DNA of 28,171 nt from Aerococcus viridans (GTDB lineage Bacteria; Bacillota; Bacilli; Lactobacillales; Aerococcaceae): the NCBI RefSeq assembly GCF_036244575.1, contig NZ_BTRM01000027.1; one strand, 5' to 3'. Every line of letters starts with the position of its first letter. Position 1 is the stretch's first letter. Shown here piece by piece: positions 24,306 through 28,171 of this stretch. Below the pieces are notes generated by a model. That model was given only the letters and a program-made list of their open reading frames with translations. It made no database searches and was not told the origin of the DNA. A program made the translations under genes and the position numbers.

Positions 24306-24596
24306 TTAAAATTGATGTTTATCTTGCATGTTATTTTGTTGTTGCTGATTTATATCTTCAGTTGAATTATCCGTATCATTTTCTTGTAAATACGTATTTA
24401 ATTCTGCCGTATTAATAGCAGAAATAATTTTAGTAACAACTGACTTAATATCTTTTTTAGTTCCTAAATCTTCAAAAGGAATATTTAATTGTTCGATTAT
24501 TTCTTTACCGAAATCTGTGTAAACTTTCTCTTTTTCAATTTCAATTCGTTCAGCTAATTCTTTGTATTGTGACATTAATTTTTCTATATTCGCCAT
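24306..24596 (-). CDS. Hypothetical small protein, 96 aa from ATG 24596, first gene of the operon divergent from the relaxase
   Basis: AAGGGG lies upstream of the ATG. The protein has an acidic, Gln-rich C-terminus. It appears translationally coupled to the DUF3847-like ORF. I recognise no family. Confidence 0.55.
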   Translation of the reverse strand: MANIEKLMSQYKELAERIEIEKEKVYTDFGKEIIEQLNIPFEDLGTKKDIKSVVTKIISAINTAELNTYLQENDTDNSTEDINQQQQNNMQDKHQF

Positions 24597-24685
24597 ATTC
24601 AACACCCCTTTTTATAATCATAATATAGAAAAAATAAATAAAATTTACAACTATATCGAAAAATGATAAAATTGAATTAAGAAAA

Positions 24686-24809
24686 AGGGCGCACTTACAC
24701 ATTATCTTTCAGATTGATGTATTTGTGCGAAATCCCTTATCACCAAAAGGTGGATTCAGCATTTTTGATCCTTTGCATGTGGCAAAGGATTTATGTGTAA
24801 GTCTACCCT
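24686..24809. other. Candidate oriT (MOBQ type)
   Basis: The reverse complement of 24686-24697 is TAAGTGCGCCCT. On the plus strand, the IR ATCCTTTGC (24768-24776) / GCAAAGGAT (24782-24790) is followed 7 nt later by TAAGTCTACCCT (24798-24809). It lies in the divergent intergenic region upstream of the relaxase gene. Confidence 0.65.
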
Positions 24810-24883
24810 TAGCGTTTCACGCAGGGCAGACTTATGAACTCGTTTCACTCGTGCGTAAAGATTAAAAGAAAGGAGCATGAACA

Positions 24884-26887
24884 ATGGCAATTTATCATTT
24901 ATCTTTGAATAATATTAGTCGTGGTAAAGGACAATCAGCTATTGCTAGTGCTTCTTATCGTAGTGGCGAAAAATTATATAGCGAACGTTATGGTAAAACA
25001 AGTTATTATGTACGAGAAGTAAAACCTGAAACATTTATTTTAGCACCAAACCATGCTCCAAAATGGGCAAATAATCGTGAAAAATTATGGAATGAAGTAG
25101 AAAAAATTGAAAAATCTAGTCGTGCAAGATTAGCAAAAGAAATTAATATTGCATTACCGATTGAGTTAGATAAAGATGAACAAAAATCTCTTGTAAAACA
25201 ATATGTTCAAGAAAACTTTGTAGATGAGGGAATGGTTGCAGACGTAGCAATCCATAGAGATGATAACAACAATCCGCATGCTCATATTATGCTGACCAAC
25301 CGTCCTTTTAATCCTGACGGAACATGGGGAAGTAAAGCACATATAATTTATATTTTAGATGAAGACGGGAATAAACAGCGAACTGAAAATGGGAACATTC
25401 GCAGTAGAAAAGATAATACAACTAACTGGAATGATAAGGAAACTTTAAATAAATGGCGAAAAAATTGGGCAAAAATTACGAATCAATTTTTAGAAAAAAA
25501 TCAATTCTCGGAACGTATTACAGAACAATCTTATGCTGAGCAGGGATTGGAAATTGAACCAACAATTCACGAGGGATACGTTGCTAGAGAAATGGAAAAA
25601 AGAGGTCAACTTTCTGACAGATGTGAAGAAAATAGACAAATTAAAAAAAGAAATTATGCGCAAAATCAAACAAGAAGTGAAGCAGTAAAAGCAGAGAGAT
25701 TAAGAGAAATTTCTGCTTCTTTAAGTCCGCAAGAAAAACAAAATATTGTGAAGATTGCCAAATCATTACGGACAACAATTAATCCACAAACTTTTGATTA
25801 TGCAGGACTAATTGATAAAGAACGTATGGTGAACAATTGGGAACATTCCTTAGAACATAATGCAATTATTACGGATATTGGTATTGATGAAAAAGATTTA
25901 AAAAATCTTCAAATGACCAAAGAAAATATTCAATTAGGGCAAGAAATTATGCATAAACAAGCAGATAGAATTATGGAAAAATACTATCCTGAATTGAATG
26001 AAAAGTCTAAATTCTCACCTTATTATAAAGCAGTTATTGCACAGGAAACGATTCAGCAAGATAAAGTATTATCTTATACAACATTGAAAGATATTATGAA
26101 TGAAGCAAAAGACAATCGTTTGAATTATATGCTACAAACAATTGTGAAAAATCCATATGAAAAGCCAGTTGCTGAATATCAAAAATCATTTATGTATAGT
26201 CTGAAAAATATTCAAGATTTCCATGAAAAATATCATGTTGATGAAGATAATATCTCGACTTTATCAGCAGAAAAACAGCAAGAATATAAACAATTATTGA
26301 AGCAAAAAGATTTTAACGTTGATACGATGAATGTGTTAAATAAATACTATACAAAAGTTATTTTAGAGCAATATCCAAATGCCAATTTAAGAAGCTATAA
26401 AATTGACCAAAAAGAGGCATTAGCGAAAGCTATTGACTATTACGGTAATCGCTATTCTATTCAAAAATTAGCTAAAATTGTTGAAAAAGAAACACCTAAT
26501 AAGTACAACCAGCAAGAGCAGGCATTTGGTAAAGCCTTATTAAATAGAATTGATAAAGGACGACTATCTAAAAAAGATTGGACGACTATTCAATCTGATC
26601 CGCAACTCAAAGAAATCTTTGATACGGTAACAGATGAGAAAACACGTCCAATGTTCGAAAAAGAAATTCAAGGACAAACATTATCTCAAGGTCATTTATC
26701 ACAACGCAGTCATTTTGGCAGTCTATTTGGACAAGTCAATATCCTTGATAACCTAGCAAATGCACAAAAAGAGAATATTCAAAGAGAGCGAGAAGATGAG
26801 AAATTACGGAAAAATAAAAAACGGAAGAAACAACAGCACAACAAGCAATCGCAGAAAAAGAATCGTGGTAATTCGCCAAGTCTTTAA
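24884..26887 (+). CDS. MobA/MobL-family (MOBQ) relaxase, 667 aa
   Basis: AGGAG lies 8 nt upstream. The N-terminal relaxase domain has a catalytic-Tyr region (AIASASYRSGEKL) and the histidine triad HRDDNNNPHAHIM. The C-terminal half is long, Lys/Gln-rich and helical. Confidence 0.9.
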   Translation: MAIYHLSLNNISRGKGQSAIASASYRSGEKLYSERYGKTSYYVREVKPETFILAPNHAPKWANNREKLWNEVEKIEKSSRARLAKEINIALPIELDKDEQKSLVKQYVQENFVDEGMVADVAIHRDDNNNPHAHIMLTNRPFNPDGTWGSKAHIIYILDEDGNKQRTENGNIRSRKDNTTNWNDKETLNKWRKNWAKITNQFLEKNQFSERITEQSYAEQGLEIEPTIHEGYVAREMEKRGQLSDRCEENRQIKKRNYAQNQTRSEAVKAERLREISASLSPQEKQNIVKIAKSLRTTINPQTFDYAGLIDKERMVNNWEHSLEHNAIITDIGIDEKDLKNLQMTKENIQLGQEIMHKQADRIMEKYYPELNEKSKFSPYYKAVIAQETIQQDKVLSYTTLKDIMNEAKDNRLNYMLQTIVKNPYEKPVAEYQKSFMYSLKNIQDFHEKYHVDEDNISTLSAEKQQEYKQLLKQKDFNVDTMNVLNKYYTKVILEQYPNANLRSYKIDQKEALAKAIDYYGNRYSIQKLAKIVEKETPNKYNQQEQAFGKALLNRIDKGRLSKKDWTTIQSDPQLKEIFDTVTDEKTRPMFEKEIQGQTLSQGHLSQRSHFGSLFGQVNILDNLANAQKENIQREREDEKLRKNKKRKKQQHNKQSQKKNRGNSPSL

Positions 26888-27033
26888 AATTTAAATGAAA
26901 ATGCGATAGAATAAAAATAAACAAAACAGATTGGAGGTTATGTAGTGTCGGATAATAAAAATACTAAATATCGTAGTTGAATCTCTACCCGAAAACTGAA
27001 CACTCAAAAAAAAGAGTGTTGTAAGTTTGAACT

Positions 27034-27182
27034 GAGGCTGGGACAAAACTACTTTTGCGAAAAAAGTAGTCCCACTTTCGTTTATTTTTATAAAGATATA
27101 GAAAAACACACTCCCACTATTGAACAAAAAAGTTCATAGTTTTGGGAGTGTATTTTTTTGAGAGACCTTTTGTCCCAGCCTC
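27034..27182 (-). mobile_element. MITE-like 149-bp structured repeat, copy B (inverted relative to copy A)
   Basis: TIRs are GAGGCTGGGACAAAA (27034-27048) and TTTTGTCCCAGCCTC (27168-27182). It differs from the reverse complement of copy A by four substitutions and one 1-nt indel in an A-run. Confidence 0.8.
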
Positions 27183-27199
27183 TTCTTTGCTATTCATTT

Positions 27200-28171
27200 T
27201 TAGAAGTTTTTGTTCGTTAACGGGAGTATTTCGCTTTCGATTACATCGGTGTACTCTTGTTTAGCGAATTTTTTCACTCTGAATTTTTTCTGTACTTTCT
27301 CCCGATTTTCTTCTAGGTAACGATCTTTATCCATATTCTCAAGGAGATTACTCTCACCAGTTTGTTTACCTGATTTTTCTGGTTTGTAATTCTCGATTAA
27401 GTAATGCAAATCATCTTCTTGGACATAGAGACTTTCCGATAAACCATGAACCAATTCACTGACACGCTCATCAATACGTTTTTCGATTTCACTCGCTACA
27501 TTAAGCGTATCTTCTGCTTGTGCTAACTCATTACCATCCTTGATAGTTGAGAAGATATCTTCAATAATTTCACCTAATTTAGGGTTATTATCTTTAAACT
27601 TCGTTAAGTAAGCTTCAGCGTCAACAATACGTTTGATCCGATTTTGACTATCAGGTTCATTTACGATCGTTTGCATTAACAGCATTAAGTACTCGTAATC
27701 AATTTGCTGCTTCCCTACTTCAGACAACTGGTAATCGAAGTCAATCGTTAAGTCATCTTCTTCATCTTCATCGATTTGTTCTCTAATTTTTTCTAAGGCG
27801 TTCTCATACTTACCATGGTAGGACTCTATTACTTCAGGACGTAAGCCATATTGTTGTTCAAACACATCTTCGTCAAACTCTGAATATACTTGGATAGCCC
27901 CTAAGCTTTTATCGAATTCTTGATAAGCTTTCACAAAGAGTTTAAGGGTATCAACATCGTCATTGACATCAATACTCTCTGGACTAGGCGCAACAGAAAT
28001 TAAACGCTCATAAGCGTCCTGGAAGCGTCCGTATGACTCATTCCACCCTGGCGCCTGTATCGCGCTCTCTCCACCGTTTGAATACAAAATAAAGGCCTTT
28101 TCGACCGCTTCTTGATACTGATTTGGATATTGGAAAGTCATAATTTGACCGTATTGTTTATCCTTGTCGTA
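27200..28171 (-). CDS. hsdR: Type I restriction enzyme R subunit (HsdR), C-terminal part; 5' part outside the window
   Basis: The frame stays open upstream of the listed Met to the window edge (..YDKDKQYGQIMTFQY..). The sequence pattern (LKLFVKAYQEF...DDLTIDFDYQLSEVGKQQIDYEYLMLLMQ) resembles the EcoR124I-type HsdR C-terminal domain. Confidence 0.75.
   Translation of the reverse strand, partial: YDKDKQYGQIMTFQYPNQYQEAVEKAFILYSNGGESAIQAPGWNESYGRFQDAYERLISVAPSPESIDVNDDVDTLKLFVKAYQEFDKSLGAIQVYSEFDEDVFEQQYGLRPEVIESYHGKYENALEKIREQIDEDEEDDLTIDFDYQLSEVGKQQIDYEYLMLLMQTIVNEPDSQNRIKRIVDAEAYLTKFKDNNPKLGEIIEDIFSTIKDGNELAQAEDTLNVASEIEKRIDERVSELVHGLSESLYVQEDDLHYLIENYKPEKSGKQTGESNLLENMDKDRYLEENREKVQKKFRVKKFAKQEYTDVIESEILPLTNKNF

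Noticed and set aside
26736-26924. Minus-strand ORF 26736..26924
   Set aside because: It is antisense to the 3' end of the relaxase gene and has no RBS.
26945-26980. GGAGG-preceded GTG with an 11-codon ORF (MSDNKNTKYRS) downstream of the relaxase
   Set aside because: It is too short to call. It may be the stump of a gene truncated when the region next to MITE copy B was rearranged. The nearby AACACTC-A8-GAGTGTT hairpin (26999-27020) is weak.

Overview
The window looks like a mosaic enterococcal-type (low-GC Firmicute) glycopeptide-resistance plasmid segment. No rRNA, tRNA or CRISPR array was seen.

Layout, left to right:
(1) The 3' end of a serine-recombinase gene. It is followed by a small operon missing from the ORF track (the first gene is under 60 aa): a YjzC-like protein plus a 117-aa protein made of nine GPGGG(L/A)YT octapeptides.
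(2) An 809-bp IS1216-like (IS6 family) element that is inactivated twice. It has an in-frame TAA, and a complete Tn1546 is inserted inside it.
(3) Tn1546 itself, 2628..13478 = 10,851 bp. It has 38-bp imperfect IRs and a 5-bp TATTA target duplication. Gene order is tnpA, res, resolvase, vanR, vanS, vanH, vanA, vanX, vanY, vanZ. VanS carries V50/Q54/H69.
(4) A minus-strand sucrose module: a LacI-type regulator, a PTS EIIBC and a GH32 sucrose-6-P hydrolase.
(5) A decayed MFS transporter pseudogene.
(6) A RepA_N-type replicon. It has two small divergent ORFs, parA plus an RHH partner flanked by AT-rich repeats (including a 44-bp perfect palindrome), and repA with internal iterons and a structured leader.
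(7) A tiny acidic ORF overlapping (TAATG) a short zeta-toxin-like P-loop kinase gene, which is a candidate toxin-antitoxin module.
(8) A MOBQ-type mobilisation cassette: a DUF3847-like gene, a small ORF, an oriT with an RSF1010-type TAAGTGCGCCCT box, and a MobA/MobL relaxase. Two about 150-bp MITE-like elements in inverted orientation bracket it.
(9) The 3' part of a type I restriction hsdR gene running off the window.

The most unusual items are the Gly/Tyr repeat protein operon, the MITE-bracketed mob cassette, the short zeta-like module, and the nested Tn1546-in-IS structure.
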